Positions 63,547 to 64,000 of a stretch of DNA of 64,000 bases are shown in pieces. Both the position numbers and the translations under genes were made by a program. The notes below the pieces were generated by a model. That model did no database searches and had not been told where the DNA came from. It was given only the letters and a program-made list of their open reading frames with translations. This stretch comes from Blasia pusilla (lineage: Eukaryota): positions 8,246,001 to 8,310,000 of the forward strand of contig CM114271.1 of NCBI GenBank assembly GCA_050084515.1, given 5' to 3'. Position 1 is the stretch's first letter; each line of letters begins with the position of its first letter.

Positions 63547-64000
63547 ATGACGAGGAAAAAAGCTCAAGCAAACAAGTCTGGGAGCTTCACTCCCAAGTCT
63601 ATTAGGACTCCTGCGTCACCATCTCCAGGGCCTCGTTCGGAAAATGAGATAAGGCAGCAAGAAATCGAGGAGCGGGAAAGGGAAGCGGAGATGCACAACC
63701 AGGAGCTTCTTGCGAAACGTGTACAAGAGGCGCTCGATAAACAAAACGCATAGGCTGAGATGTCGCAGGCCTTGAAGAAAAGGTTCGCCGACGAAAAGCG
63801 AGAAAAGAAGCGTCTGGACGCGTTGGTGAGAAGAGCAGAATTGGCAAAAGTGAGGAGGGAAAAAGCAATAGCCATTGACGACAGCCCTGCCCGTCCAACT
63901 GAAAGTGTTGAGATGCGGGAAATGTCCCCGATGAAGTTCGGGGACACAATCAATATAGCGGAAATGGCCGAAGTTCAAATCATGGACGATGAGGTCATGA
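63547..64000 (+). pseudogene. 5' part of a charged coiled-coil ORF of unknown function, one internal stop, runs off the window
   Basis: MTRKKAQANK..EIRQQEIEEREREAE..KQNA*AEMSQALKKRFADEKREKKR.. continues in frame. TATA-like tataaata at ~63287. Confidence 0.5.

Overview
A gene-poor, transposon-saturated eukaryotic window. It is most likely from a non-seed land plant such as a bryophyte, lycophyte or fern; this is inferred from the element types, not proven. No intact host gene, rRNA, tRNA or CRISPR array is visible. Contents in order: a ~6.2 kb array of ~180-bp satellite monomers with two variant types (4.1-10.3 kb); decayed RING/coiled-coil and kinase-like ORFs (11-14 kb); an inverted-repeat element carrying a solo LTR and a (CT)n tract (15.9-18.2 kb); a nest of tRNA-Asp-primed non-chromovirus Ty3/gypsy elements (19.9-39.9 kb), including one young full-length copy with an extra ORF after integrase; two oppositely oriented copies of another Ty3/gypsy family (41.6-54.2 kb); an internally deleted chromovirus (54.2-57.6 kb); and a MULE-like DDE transposase with a zinc-finger N-terminus, a SWIM finger and palindromic repeat arrays (58.3-64 kb). 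The main finding is in the minus-strand copy at 46.2-54.2 kb. Between protease and reverse transcriptase it carries a full-length, now stop-codon-riddled, DNMT3-like C5 cytosine DNA methyltransferase domain (motifs I-VI and VIII-X in order, one frame, ~49440-50410). This is a retrotransposon whose Pol once carried its own DNA methyltransferase.
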